From NCBI GenBank assembly GCA_031409275.1, contig JANNXA010000051.1, forward strand, positions 320,001-384,000: a DNA stretch of 64,000 bases, in the 5' to 3' direction. Position 1 is the stretch's first letter. Each line of letters starts with the position of its first letter. Positions 1 to 9,809 of the stretch are shown piece by piece. The notes below the pieces were generated by a model. It was not told the DNA's origin, did no database searches, and worked only from the letters and a program-made list of their open reading frames with translations. Source of the DNA: Planctomycetota bacterium (GTDB lineage Bacteria > Planctomycetota > B15-G4 > SIAN01). The position numbers were made by a program, and so were the translations under genes.

Positions 1-365
1 CTTCGATCACCATCGGCGCGCGCACCAACCTTCAGGACCTCACCATGGTCCATCCCGAACACGACGAGCCGGTCGTGATCGGCGACGACGTCACCGTCGG
101 CCACCGGGCCATCCTCCACATGCGCACGCTCGGCTCGGGGACGCTGATCGGGATGGGCGCGATCCTGCTGGCTCACAGCCACATCGGCAAGCAGTGCATC
201 ATCGGAGCTGGCGCCCTGATCCCCGAAGGGCGCACGATCCCCGATCGCAGCGTCGTCATCGGCATGCCGGGCAAGATCGTGCGTCAGGTCAGCGACGAGG
301 AGGCGGCCCATCTCGTGAAGCACGCCGCCGGCTACATCGAGACCGCGCGCCTGAACCTGCGCTGA
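1..365 (+). CDS. Gamma-carbonic anhydrase family (hexapeptide-repeat) protein, 5'-truncated by the window edge
   Basis: Frame is open from position 3 (SITIGARTNLQDLTMVH...); hexapeptide repeats IGDDVTVGHRAILH, IGMGAILL, IIGAGALI; three His ligands present. Confidence 0.9.
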   Translation, partial: SITIGARTNLQDLTMVHPEHDEPVVIGDDVTVGHRAILHMRTLGSGTLIGMGAILLAHSHIGKQCIIGAGALIPEGRTIPDRSVVIGMPGKIVRQVSDEEAAHLVKHAAGYIETARLNLR

Positions 366-372
366 CGCCACC

Positions 373-1236
373 ATGCAGGCGTCGCGCGTCGTCCTCCTCA
401 CCTTCGCACTGAACGCCGCGCTGTGCGTGGCGCACTTCGCCGTCTACTTCGCCACCGGCAGCCAGCTGGTGCTGGCGCAAGGCGCCGACTCGCTGATGGA
501 CCTCGCCGTCGGCGTCGTGCTGCTGGTGAGCGTGCGCGTGGCCATGCAGCCGCGCGACGAGGATCACCCGTTCGGCCATCAACGCGCCGAGCCGATCGGT
601 GCGCTGGTGACCGCCGTCCTCGCCTTCGTGCTGGCCATCGAGGTCGCGCGCTCGGCGATCGGCCACCTGCTCGACGGCGAGCCGCCGCGACTCGACGCGG
701 CCGTCGGCGGCGTCCTCTCCGCCAAGCTGCTGGTCAAGGTCGCGTGGCTCGCGATCGTGCTGCGCCGCCGCCACGACGGCGACGGGCAGGCGGTTTCGGC
801 GACGCGGCTCGACACGCTGAACGACGTGTTGACCTGCAGTTCGTCGCTGGTCGGCTTCGGGCTCGCGCGCGTCGGCTACCCATCGTTCGACAGCTGGCTC
901 GCGCTGCCGGTCGCGGCCTACATCGCGAAGGCGGGCGTCAGCCTCGCGCGCGAAAGCCTGCGCTACCTGATGGGCGAGGCGCCCTCCGCCGAAGTGCTCG
1001 AGCGGTTGCGAGCCGCCGCCGCCGCGATTCCGGGCGTGCTGGGCATCCCCAAGTTGCGCGCCCACTTCGTCGGCCAGACGCTCCACGTCGAGGCCACCGT
1101 CCTGATCCCCGCCGGAGCGAGCGCCGTGCAAGGCCACGACCTCGCGCTCGACGTGCAGGCCGCGCTCGAACGCGACCCGCTCGTCGGCGAGGTCTTCGTG
1201 CACCTCGACACCGGCGAAGGAAAAGACGGGAGCTGA
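373..1236 (+). CDS. Cation diffusion facilitator (CDF) family transporter
   Basis: TM helices, ADSLMD, HPFGHQRAE loop, DTLND, C-terminal dimerisation domain ending VFVHLD. Confidence 0.9.
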   Translation: MQASRVVLLTFALNAALCVAHFAVYFATGSQLVLAQGADSLMDLAVGVVLLVSVRVAMQPRDEDHPFGHQRAEPIGALVTAVLAFVLAIEVARSAIGHLLDGEPPRLDAAVGGVLSAKLLVKVAWLAIVLRRRHDGDGQAVSATRLDTLNDVLTCSSSLVGFGLARVGYPSFDSWLALPVAAYIAKAGVSLARESLRYLMGEAPSAEVLERLRAAAAAIPGVLGIPKLRAHFVGQTLHVEATVLIPAGASAVQGHDLALDVQAALERDPLVGEVFVHLDTGEGKDGS

Positions 1237-1258
1237 CGCGGGCCGGCGCGCCGGAGGC

Positions 1259-2194
1259 TTACTGCTTGCGCTCCGGCGGCCCTTCGAGCAGCTGCAGCAG
1301 ATCGCTTTCGGTGGTCAGCACCAGCGAGGTCTCGCCACCGGCAAGGGACTTCTGCAGCGTCTCGAGCGATTTGGTGAAGGCGTAGAGATCGGGGTTCTTC
1401 TGGTAGGCGTCGGAGTAGGTGCGCGCGGCCGCGGCATCGGCCGTACCGCGCAGCACTTCGGCGTCGCGGTACGCCTCCGACAGGAGGCGCTTCTGGTCGC
1501 GCTCGAGTTCGCCGAGGATCCGGGCGCGCTCGCCCTGCCCTTCGGATCGGAACTGCTCCGCGATGCGCTGCCGCTCCGAGATCATGCGGCGGTAGACATC
1601 CTTCAGCACCAGGTCGACGAAGTTGACCCGAGTGATGCGCACGTCGAGCAGCGCGATGCCGAGCGGGGAGAGTCGCAGCGCCGCCTCGCGGGTGATGCGC
1701 GCCATCAGTTCCGGCCGGCCGACGGTCGGCTTGGCCGGCGCCTCGTCATCGATCGACTCGATGTCGGCGGCCATGTCGCGCTGCGTCGCGCGCACGGCGT
1801 CGATCAGCGACTGCGAGCTGATGGTGTCCTTCACCACGCCATCGATGATGTTGTCGAGCCGTGTCTGTGCGTTGCGCGCGTCGCCCACCGACTGCAGGAA
1901 CAGCAGCGGATCGGAGATCCGCCAGCGCGCCATGGTGTCGACGAAGATGAACTTCTTCTCGCGCGTCGAGATCTCGCGCGGCTCGCCGTGCCAACGCAGC
2001 ACGCGCTTCTCGAGCCGCCGCACGTCCTGCAGGAACGGCTTCTTCCAATGGAGTCCCGCCTCGGTGACGGGCGCGCCGACCGGACGGCCGAACTCGGTGA
2101 TGATCACCTGCTCGGACTCGCTGACGGTGTAGACCGAGCCGCTCGCCAGCACCGCGCCGACGATCAGCAACAGCAGCAGGAGGCCGCGCATCAT
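1259..2194 (-). CDS. hflC: FtsH protease modulator HflC
   Basis: N-terminal TM plus SPFH domain; RMISERQRIAEQFRSEG; 4-nt overlap with hflK. Confidence 0.93.
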   Translation of the reverse strand: MMRGLLLLLLIVGAVLASGSVYTVSESEQVIITEFGRPVGAPVTEAGLHWKKPFLQDVRRLEKRVLRWHGEPREISTREKKFIFVDTMARWRISDPLLFLQSVGDARNAQTRLDNIIDGVVKDTISSQSLIDAVRATQRDMAADIESIDDEAPAKPTVGRPELMARITREAALRLSPLGIALLDVRITRVNFVDLVLKDVYRRMISERQRIAEQFRSEGQGERARILGELERDQKRLLSEAYRDAEVLRGTADAAAARTYSDAYQKNPDLYAFTKSLETLQKSLAGGETSLVLTTESDLLQLLEGPPERKQ

Positions 2195-3201
2195 CGGGAG
2201 CCCTCCGGCTTCGGCATCGCGTCGAGCGAGAGGAGCGGCAGCACGCCCTTCAGGTCGCGATCGACGATCACCTTGCGTGACAGCTTCGGCAGCAGATCGC
2301 CCATCGCTTCCAGCCAGAGGCGTTGCCGCATCAGGTCGGGCGCATTGTCATGCTCGGTGGCCAGCGCGAGGAAGCGCTGCACTTCGCCGGTTGCGCGATT
2401 GACGCGCTCGGAGGCGTAGCCCTCCGCCTCCTGTCGCAGCCGCGCCGCTTCACCCAAGGCGAGCGGCATCTTGCGGTTGTACTCCTGGCGCGCCTCGTTG
2501 ATGGTGCGCTGCTTCTCCTGCTCGGCCTGGTTCACGTCGTTGAACGACGCGCGCACCGATTCGGGCGGGTCGACGTTCTGCAGCTGCACCGTGTCGATCT
2601 CGAGCCCCATCTCGTACTGGTCGACCAGTTTCTGCAGCTCCTCGTGCGCCTCGGTGTTCACTTCGCGCCGACCCGCGGTCAGCACTTCGAGCACGCTGTG
2701 GTCGCCGACCACGAGGCTCATCACCGCCTGCGCGAGGTCGCGCAGCGTCTTCTCCGGATCGGCGACGTGGAACAGGAACTTCACCGGATCGTTGATCCGG
2801 TACTGCACGATCCATTCGACTTCGGCGGCGTTCAGGTCGCCGGTCAGCATCAGGCTCTCGTCGCCGAAACGGGCGTCGGAATAGCGCGTCCGCTCGCCGA
2901 GTTCGGCGCCGCGAGTGAACTCGGCGGTCCGGAAGCCGAACTCCATCTTGTGCACGTGCTTGGTCGCAACCTCGTTCGCCACCTCGATGCCGAACGGCAG
3001 CTTCCAGTGCAGGCCCGGCTCGACGGTTCGGTCGTAACGACCGAATCGCGTGACGACGCCCACCGCGGCCGGCTCGACCTGGAACCACGAGGTCAACGCC
3101 AGCGTCAGCAGCGCGCCGCCGCCGAGGATCAACACGAACCCCGCCAACGGCGGCAAACGCAACCGCCCCTCACGATCGCGCAACACTCGGATCTGGGCCA
3201 A
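2191..3201 (-). CDS. hflK: FtsH protease modulator HflK
   Basis: SPFH domain (PGLHWKLPFGIE, MLTGDLN, LQNVDPP, FNDVNQAEQE, EAEGY); TTG start with AGGAG SD at 3208-3212. Confidence 0.93.
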   Translation of the reverse strand: MAQIRVLRDREGRLRLPPLAGFVLILGGGALLTLALTSWFQVEPAAVGVVTRFGRYDRTVEPGLHWKLPFGIEVANEVATKHVHKMEFGFRTAEFTRGAELGERTRYSDARFGDESLMLTGDLNAAEVEWIVQYRINDPVKFLFHVADPEKTLRDLAQAVMSLVVGDHSVLEVLTAGRREVNTEAHEELQKLVDQYEMGLEIDTVQLQNVDPPESVRASFNDVNQAEQEKQRTINEARQEYNRKMPLALGEAARLRQEAEGYASERVNRATGEVQRFLALATEHDNAPDLMRQRLWLEAMGDLLPKLSRKVIVDRDLKGVLPLLSLDAMPKPEGSR

Positions 3202-3385
3202 AGGAAGCTCCTGACGCGCCCCTCAGCAGCCCGTCGGTGAAGTCGCCGCGAGTCCGGCGCATGGATTTCGAGTCGGAGCGAGGAGGAGGTTCGACGCCAA
3301 CTCCAGGGGAGTTGTCGAGAAGCTCCGACGAAGTTCCGACTGGAAAGACACCACCCGACGACACGGAGAATTCGCCGACCGGCAG

Positions 3386-6040
3386 TCAGCGCGAGAAAAA
3401 CGAGAGAGCGTTGTACAGCACGCGGATGGGTCCGCGGAACCCCAGGCGAAACGTCGGGCTCTCGCTGAAGAGCAGCACGCGACCGCGGCCGACCTGCGCC
3501 TCGACCAGCCAGAATCGTCCGCCGAGCTCCTCCACCACCTCGTCGCCGGCGAAGCCGGAGACACGGCCGCGCGGCACGAAGCGGCCCACCTTGATCCCGC
3601 CGCCGTGCAGCTCGAAACCCTGCGTGCCGGTCGCCAGCTGCGGGATCCGCTCGGGCAACCCGAACGCCAGCGGATGGTCGAGGTCGAGTTCGACTTCGAA
3701 GAAGGCGCCCGGCATGTTGGCGAGCGTCGCGTCGCGATCGCGCTGCGCCGATTTCTGCCAGCTCGGCTTGTCGTCCTTGGCGTCGGCCTCCTTCTCTGGC
3801 TTGGCGGTCACCTCGGTGAGCCCCGAGCGCTCCTTGGTGAACCAGAACGAGGCGCTGCCGAGCGCGATGACGGTGCCGCCGCCGCGCAGGAAGGCCGCGA
3901 TCGGCTCCTTCGCGTCGTCGAGGCCGCGCACGCCATCGGGCGCGACGATCACGTTCCAGTCCGAAAGGCGTGCCTGCGCCAGCGCCGCCGGTTGAATGCA
4001 CGAGAACGGGACCTGGAGTTCACGCTCCAGCAGCCAGCGCACCTCGCCGAACCCCGCGCCATTCGACGCCAACAGCACGATGCGTGGAGGCTTCAGCACC
4101 ACCGCCTGCTCGCTGCCAAGGTCGGGACCTTGCTCGGTGAATCCGCTGGCGAGCGGCTCGAAGGTCACCCCGTAACGTGCGCCGAGCTCGCTCAACTGCG
4201 CGACGAGCGCCTGCCGTTCGACGGTCGCGGCGCGTGGCGGCGCCGCGATCACCACCGAGCCGGGCGGAAACGGCCGCGTCGCGTTCGAGAAGCCGCGCGG
4301 CAGGAAGCGGGTGCGAACTCCGGCGCCCAGCAGTTCCAGCAAGGCGGCCGGCGCGGCCGCGTCTTCCCACGGCAGCACGAACGCCACCGCTTGATCGGCG
4401 CCGTCACTCAAGACTCCGCCACGGCGTGCGAGCGGCATGCCGAGCCCGGCCACCGGCGTCGACTCGCTGGCCAGGCGCGTGCGGCCGACCTCGGCGTTCT
4501 GCTCGAGCCAGCACGCCGGCACGCCGAACGCATAGGGCAGCGACCAGGCGGAGATGTCATAGAACGTCGTGCGCTCGACGCCGGCGCGCGGTTCCAGCAG
4601 CGCCTTCGCCAGCCGCTTCTGCGGCTGCTGCATCGAGACGAGCAACGTCCCCTCGGGCAGCACGCGCTCCGCCGCATCGACGCCATCGAAGCCGTGCACG
4701 CCGCGCGCGACGAACGCCGCGCCGGCGACATCGACCTCGATGCCGTGGCGCAGCAGTAGGTTGGCGAGCGCCGCGCGCGTGGTGCGGTCGGCGTTGGGCA
4801 GCAGCGCGACCTCCCGCATCGGACCGGCGCGCCCCTCCGCAAGCGCTTCGACGTGGAAGCTGCGCCAGTGCGCCAGCAACTCGCGGCGACCGGCGCGCGC
4901 CGTCTCGACCGTGGCGAGCGAGGCGGTGAAGTGGTGGGCGATGCGATCGAAGAGCGTGAGCAGCGTGCCGTCGCTGCGCCGCCACGCGAGGCCGCCCGCC
5001 GAGTGGCCCGCCTGCTCGTAGGTCATCCCGATCGCGCCGCGCAGCGACGGGAAGCTGTCGCCATAGCCCGGATAGAGCAGGTCGAACTGCTCGCCCGTGT
5101 AGTAGCTCCAGCCAAACGAGTCGAACGCCGCCGCGTTGCCGCGCCCGAAGCGTTCGCCCCACTCGATCGTGGTCTCGGGCAGGTTCAGGTTGCGCGGCAG
5201 GTCGGCCGGGAAGAAGAAGTAGCTCGAGTCGGGGTACATCTCGTGGAAGTCGACATGGACCTGCGGCGGCAGACGCTGCAGCCATGCCAGTCGCGCGCGC
5301 GTCTCGTCCTGCGTCGCGAAGGCCCAGTCGCGATTGAGGTCGAAGTAGTAGTGGTTCACGCGGCCGCCCGGAGCCGGCTCATCGTGCTCGCGCGCAGCGG
5401 GCTCCGGATCCGGCACCGCGCCGACCACCGACTGGAACCAGTGCGCGTAGCGGTCGCGCCCATCGGGATTCAGGCACGGGTCGATCACGACCAGCAACTG
5501 CTCGCGCGTTCGCTGCGCCGCTTCGTCGTCGGCCGCCGCCAGATGCCACAGCGTCGCCAGCGCCGCTTCGGTCCCCGACGGCTCGTTGCCATGGACGTTG
5601 TAGGAGAGCCAGACGATCGCGACTTGATCCGCCATCTTGCGGTTCGCGATCGACTCGTCGGCGAGCGATCGCCCGTCGGCCAGACCCGCGAGCCCCGCCG
5701 CGATCTCCGACTTGCGCGCCAGGTTGCGCGGGTCGCTCACGAGCGCCAGCAGCAGCGGCCGCCCTTCTGGCGTCTTGCCGTACTCGACGAGTTCGACCCG
5801 ATCGCTCGCGGCGTCGATCGCCGCGACCGCGCGGACGACGTCGCGATGCTCGCTGAACCGGCTGCCGTAGCCGTAGCCGAGCAGCGTCTCAGGCTTCGGG
5901 ACGTCGCTGCGGTAGCGCGCCGCGGGCTCGAAGGTGAAGCCGTCGCCACGCGGGGTGGACGCCGTCTGAAACGGCATCGCGAGCGCGGCCGCGACGGGGA
6001 TCGAGCGGGTCAACCAGAGCACGACAGACGTCAGGACCAT
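3386..6040 (-). CDS. M14-family zinc carboxypeptidase with C-terminal class-I glutamine-amidotransferase-like domain
   Basis: VHGNE, NPDG, DLNRD and DFHE motifs; signal-like N-terminus from ATG 6040 (start uncertain; ORF track extends to 6103). Confidence 0.85.
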   Translation of the reverse strand: MVLTSVVLWLTRSIPVAAALAMPFQTASTPRGDGFTFEPAARYRSDVPKPETLLGYGYGSRFSEHRDVVRAVAAIDAASDRVELVEYGKTPEGRPLLLALVSDPRNLARKSEIAAGLAGLADGRSLADESIANRKMADQVAIVWLSYNVHGNEPSGTEAALATLWHLAAADDEAAQRTREQLLVVIDPCLNPDGRDRYAHWFQSVVGAVPDPEPAAREHDEPAPGGRVNHYYFDLNRDWAFATQDETRARLAWLQRLPPQVHVDFHEMYPDSSYFFFPADLPRNLNLPETTIEWGERFGRGNAAAFDSFGWSYYTGEQFDLLYPGYGDSFPSLRGAIGMTYEQAGHSAGGLAWRRSDGTLLTLFDRIAHHFTASLATVETARAGRRELLAHWRSFHVEALAEGRAGPMREVALLPNADRTTRAALANLLLRHGIEVDVAGAAFVARGVHGFDGVDAAERVLPEGTLLVSMQQPQKRLAKALLEPRAGVERTTFYDISAWSLPYAFGVPACWLEQNAEVGRTRLASESTPVAGLGMPLARRGGVLSDGADQAVAFVLPWEDAAAPAALLELLGAGVRTRFLPRGFSNATRPFPPGSVVIAAPPRAATVERQALVAQLSELGARYGVTFEPLASGFTEQGPDLGSEQAVVLKPPRIVLLASNGAGFGEVRWLLERELQVPFSCIQPAALAQARLSDWNVIVAPDGVRGLDDAKEPIAAFLRGGGTVIALGSASFWFTKERSGLTEVTAKPEKEADAKDDKPSWQKSAQRDRDATLANMPGAFFEVELDLDHPLAFGLPERIPQLATGTQGFELHGGGIKVGRFVPRGRVSGFAGDEVVEELGGRFWLVEAQVGRGRVLLFSESPTFRLGFRGPIRVLYNALSFFSR

Positions 6041-6162
6041 GCGACACCTCGACGCACCGGGGAACGGGGCGGCGCAACTTACCCAGGCGCCGACCGCGGT
6101 CACCCGCTTGGCCGGAGGTCGACTCAGGCGGCACGGCGACGCCGGCCGATAGAGCGATCCTC

Positions 6163-7020
6163 ATGGCTCGCTTCCAAGAACATCGCCGCCACGCCGCCGC
6201 CCCTTTCGCCGACCTCGCACCGCTCGTCAGCGGCCTAGCGCATCCCGGCGACCCGAGCGAACACGAGCCGACGCCCGCACGCGCCGTCGAGATGGTGAAG
6301 GAGCCGTGGCGGATCTTCCGCATCCTCTCGGAGTTCGTGGACGGCATCGACGCGATGCGCGACGTCAAGCCGGCGGTGTCGATCTTCGGCAGCGCACGCA
6401 CGAAGCGGAACGACCGCTGGTATGGCGCGGCGCGGCGCATGGGACGCGAACTCGCGCGACGCGGCTTCTCGATCGTGACGGGCGGCGGCCCTGGAATCAT
6501 GGAAGCGGCCAATCGCGGCGCGCAGGAAGGCGGCGGCCGCTCGATCGGCCTCAACATCCACCTGCAGAACGAGCAGGCGCCCAATCGCTACCAGGACCTC
6601 GAACTCCACTTCCGCTACTTCTTCGTGCGCAAGTTCCACTTCGTGAAGCACTCCTCCGCGTTCGTCAATTTTCCCGGCGGCTTCGGGACGATGGACGAGC
6701 TGTTCGAGGCGCTCACGCTGATCCAGACCGACAAGGTCCGCGCGATGCCCGTCGTGCTGATCGGCAAGGAGTACTGGCGCGGGTTGCTCCATTGGCTGCG
6801 CGGCACGATGGCGCGCGAGCGCAACATCCACCTCACCGACCTCGACCTCTTCCACGTCACGGATGACCTCGACGAAGCGGCCGAGCTCGTCGAGCGCTCC
6901 GTGCGCGCGCAGCTGCCGCTCGTCGAAGCGCTGCAGCAGGTGCGCAGCGAAGCGCGACTCCACCGCAGCCGCAAGCCGGCGCGGCGACCGAAGCGATCGC
7001 CGGCCACCGCGCGCTCGTAG
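6163..7020 (+). CDS. LOG-family nucleotide monophosphate nucleosidase (TIGR00730-type)
   Basis: SIFGSAR, TGGGPGIMEAANRG, YFFVRK and FPGGFGTMDELFE motifs. Confidence 0.92.
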   Translation: MARFQEHRRHAAAPFADLAPLVSGLAHPGDPSEHEPTPARAVEMVKEPWRIFRILSEFVDGIDAMRDVKPAVSIFGSARTKRNDRWYGAARRMGRELARRGFSIVTGGGPGIMEAANRGAQEGGGRSIGLNIHLQNEQAPNRYQDLELHFRYFFVRKFHFVKHSSAFVNFPGGFGTMDELFEALTLIQTDKVRAMPVVLIGKEYWRGLLHWLRGTMARERNIHLTDLDLFHVTDDLDEAAELVERSVRAQLPLVEALQQVRSEARLHRSRKPARRPKRSPATARS

Positions 7021-7077
7021 CTAGCATCCGCACGCATCGCGCCGGGCCGATGGCGTGAAGGGAGCGGGAGGGGTGGC

Positions 7078-9774
7078 GTGCGAGCGGAAGCGAAGGCGGC
7101 GATCGTCTGCCTGCTCGGCAGCCTGCTGTGGTTCCTGCCGTGGCTGCTGCCCGGCAAGGCGCTGCTCGGCGTCCATCCGGGACTGCTGCGCCCCTATCAA
7201 GAGGGGCTCGATGCGGCGACGATCGCCGAGCTGAAGGAAGTCTCCCACCCGCTCTACCTCGACAAGCTGCTGCAGCACGATCCGGAAGTCCGCTTCAGCA
7301 ACCAGGCCAGCGGTCCGGTGCCGAGCTGGAATCCATGGGTACTCGGCGGCGTGCCTCACATCGCGCAAGGGCTCGCGTCGCCGCTCTATCCGCCGTTGTG
7401 GCTGGCGCGCTTCATTCCGGCGCCACGCTGTTACGCGTGGATCGCCGCGTTGCAGATGGCGCTCGCCGGCTGGTTCACCTTTCGGATGCTGCTCGCGTTC
7501 GATGTCAGGACCGCGGGGGCGAGCGTCGGCGCCCTGCTCTTTGCGGCATCGGGCTGGATGTCGGTCCATCAGGAGTACTTCCAGCTCACGGCCGCAGCGA
7601 CCTGGCTGCCGCTCGCGATCGGCGGCGCCAAGCGACTGCTCGACCGCAAAGGGGGCGTCCTCTCCCTTTCCATCGCGATCGCCTGCTCGTTCCTCTCCGG
7701 CTTCCCGCAGATCGGCGTCTACACGCTGCTGGTGCCCGCGCTGCTGGCCGTCACGACCGCGGCGCTGCGACTGGCGCGACGACAGGAGCGGCTCGGCAAC
7801 ACCGCTGGCCACGCGATCCGATTCGGCGTGTCGGCCCTGCTCGGGCTCGCGCTGGCGTCCCCGCAGCTCCTCGCCACGGCCGAGTTCCTCCCCTACTCGA
7901 CGCGCCAGCCCTTCGACGCCACCCGCATCGACGAGCTGGCGCTGCCGCCGGCCGCGCTGCTCGGCGCCCTGCTGCCTGACGTGTTCACCCCGTCGTACAC
8001 GCAGGCGGATCAGGAAGCGGAGGTCGCTCGCGCCGCGCGCGAAGAGCGTTCGCCCTGGATGGACACGCTTTGGGCCCGCGCCCTGCTCGACTCGCTCCGA
8101 GGCGAGCGGATGGTGAATCGCTTCGAGATCACCTTTGCGCTCGGCCCGACCGCGCTGCTGCTGGCGTTGCTCGGGCTTTGGCGCGGGCGACGCGGCACGC
8201 GAGCGTTCTTCGCGCTGCTGCTGCTGGCCGGCCTGGCGCTGGCGCTGCGTTCGCCACTGCTGCACGCGTTGGCGCACGTGCCGGGACTCAACGTCGGCGA
8301 CCCCAAACGCGCGCTGTTGCTGGTCACGATGGCGCTCGTGGGCCTCGCCGCGCTTGGCAGCGAAGCGCTGTGGCACGAGCTTGAAACGCGCCGGCTCGCG
8401 CTGAGTCTGTTGCTGACGCAGGTGGCGCTGCTGCTGCTCGCGGCCGGCGCCACCGCGTTGATCCCGCTTGCGACCCTGCGCGACTTCGCGAGCGCACCGA
8501 TCGCACGCAGCGTCGGCGTGCCCACCGCGGTCATCGCCGAGGCGCTGCGCGATTCGATCCTCGGTGGACAGCGTGCCGCGCTCGGCCGCGAGTTGCTCGT
8601 CGCGGCGATCTGGTCGGCGCTGGCATGGTGCGTCCTGGTGTGGCTCCATCGCGAACTGGGGCGACGCGCGATCGATGACGGCGCCATCGCCGACGTGCGC
8701 CCCGCGACGGGGCGTGGCCAGCTGCGCTCGGCGCTGCCGGCCGGCGCCTGCCTCACGGCACTCGCGCTGCCACTCGCCTGGTTGTGGGCCGATACCACGA
8801 GCCCGATTCCGACCGCCGGCCTCGACGCGCGCCCGTCCGTGGTCGGCCATTTCCAGCAGCATCGTCCCCACGGTCGCCTGCTGCGCTTCGGACCGCATGG
8901 CGAGATGCCGCCGTGGCCGCCGAAGCTGCCGATGCTGACCGGCGTGCGCGACGCACAGGGCTACGTCGCCGCGTACTCGCGCTACTGGCGCGACCTGTTC
9001 GAGGCGATCGAGCCGGGTTGCACCTTGGCCGTTGCCGTGCTGCCGATCGAAGGGGCCGACGCACTCACGTTGCCGCTGATCGACCTGCTCGACATCGAGT
9101 ACGTGCTGGCGGCGCTGCCCGAATCGGCGAAGGTGCCGGGACTCGGGGGATTCGAGGTCGAGCCGCTCGACCCGCCGCCGCCGCCCGACGCCCCCGATCA
9201 GCTGACGCTGTGGCGCAACCTCGAGCCGTTCGGACGCGCGCGCATCCTCGACACCGTGTGCGTCGCGAAGAGCGACGCTGACGTCGTGGCCGCGCTGGCC
9301 GATCGCGGCTTTGCGCCGACGGAGCAGGCATGGATCGCCACCGCCGACGCCGCGCCGTTGCTGGCGGACCCGCAGTGGAGCCGCGCCGACAGCGGAAGCG
9401 ACGGCGTGCTCACCCTGCGTTTCGCTTCGAGCGGGAGCGAGGGTGAAAGCGCTGCGGGGCCCGCCGAGTCGCGCATCGAATGGCTGCACGAAACGGGCAA
9501 CGACCTGCGCCTGCGCGTCAATGGACGCGGCGGGCTGCTGGTGCAAAGCGACTGCTGGTACCCCGGCTGGACCGCGCGCGTCGATGGCCGCCCCGTCCCG
9601 CTGCTGCGCGTCGACCATGCGCTGCGGGGTTTCACCGTGCCGCCCGGTGAGCACGACGTGCAGATCCTCTACGTTCCGGGCCGGTTGCGGCTCGGCGTCT
9701 ACGCAGTGCCGGTCGCCGCGGTGCTCCTGATCCTGGCGGCTGCCACGCTCGGTCGCCGCCGCGTCCTCGTGTAG
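7078..9774 (+). CDS. YfhO-family polytopic membrane protein (GT-C fold glycosyltransferase-like)
   Basis: WNPWVLGGVPHIA and PLYPPLW in the N-terminal loop, many TM helices, C-terminal SDCWYPGWTARVDG; GTG start with GGGAGG SD. Confidence 0.82.
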   Translation: MRAEAKAAIVCLLGSLLWFLPWLLPGKALLGVHPGLLRPYQEGLDAATIAELKEVSHPLYLDKLLQHDPEVRFSNQASGPVPSWNPWVLGGVPHIAQGLASPLYPPLWLARFIPAPRCYAWIAALQMALAGWFTFRMLLAFDVRTAGASVGALLFAASGWMSVHQEYFQLTAAATWLPLAIGGAKRLLDRKGGVLSLSIAIACSFLSGFPQIGVYTLLVPALLAVTTAALRLARRQERLGNTAGHAIRFGVSALLGLALASPQLLATAEFLPYSTRQPFDATRIDELALPPAALLGALLPDVFTPSYTQADQEAEVARAAREERSPWMDTLWARALLDSLRGERMVNRFEITFALGPTALLLALLGLWRGRRGTRAFFALLLLAGLALALRSPLLHALAHVPGLNVGDPKRALLLVTMALVGLAALGSEALWHELETRRLALSLLLTQVALLLLAAGATALIPLATLRDFASAPIARSVGVPTAVIAEALRDSILGGQRAALGRELLVAAIWSALAWCVLVWLHRELGRRAIDDGAIADVRPATGRGQLRSALPAGACLTALALPLAWLWADTTSPIPTAGLDARPSVVGHFQQHRPHGRLLRFGPHGEMPPWPPKLPMLTGVRDAQGYVAAYSRYWRDLFEAIEPGCTLAVAVLPIEGADALTLPLIDLLDIEYVLAALPESAKVPGLGGFEVEPLDPPPPPDAPDQLTLWRNLEPFGRARILDTVCVAKSDADVVAALADRGFAPTEQAWIATADAAPLLADPQWSRADSGSDGVLTLRFASSGSEGESAAGPAESRIEWLHETGNDLRLRVNGRGGLLVQSDCWYPGWTARVDGRPVPLLRVDHALRGFTVPPGEHDVQILYVPGRLRLGVYAVPVAAVLLILAAATLGRRRVLV

Positions 9775-9809
9775 CGGCACGCCTCGCGCGCGCCGCTATC
9801 GTCCGCTCG

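Noticed and set aside
7021..9780. 919-aa minus-strand ORF, and similar long antisense ORFs (21395-23746, 29650-32226, 34467-36518, 61826-63385)
   Set aside because: Shadow ORFs mirroring well-supported genes on the opposite strand; Arg/Gln-rich with no motifs; expected in high-GC DNA.
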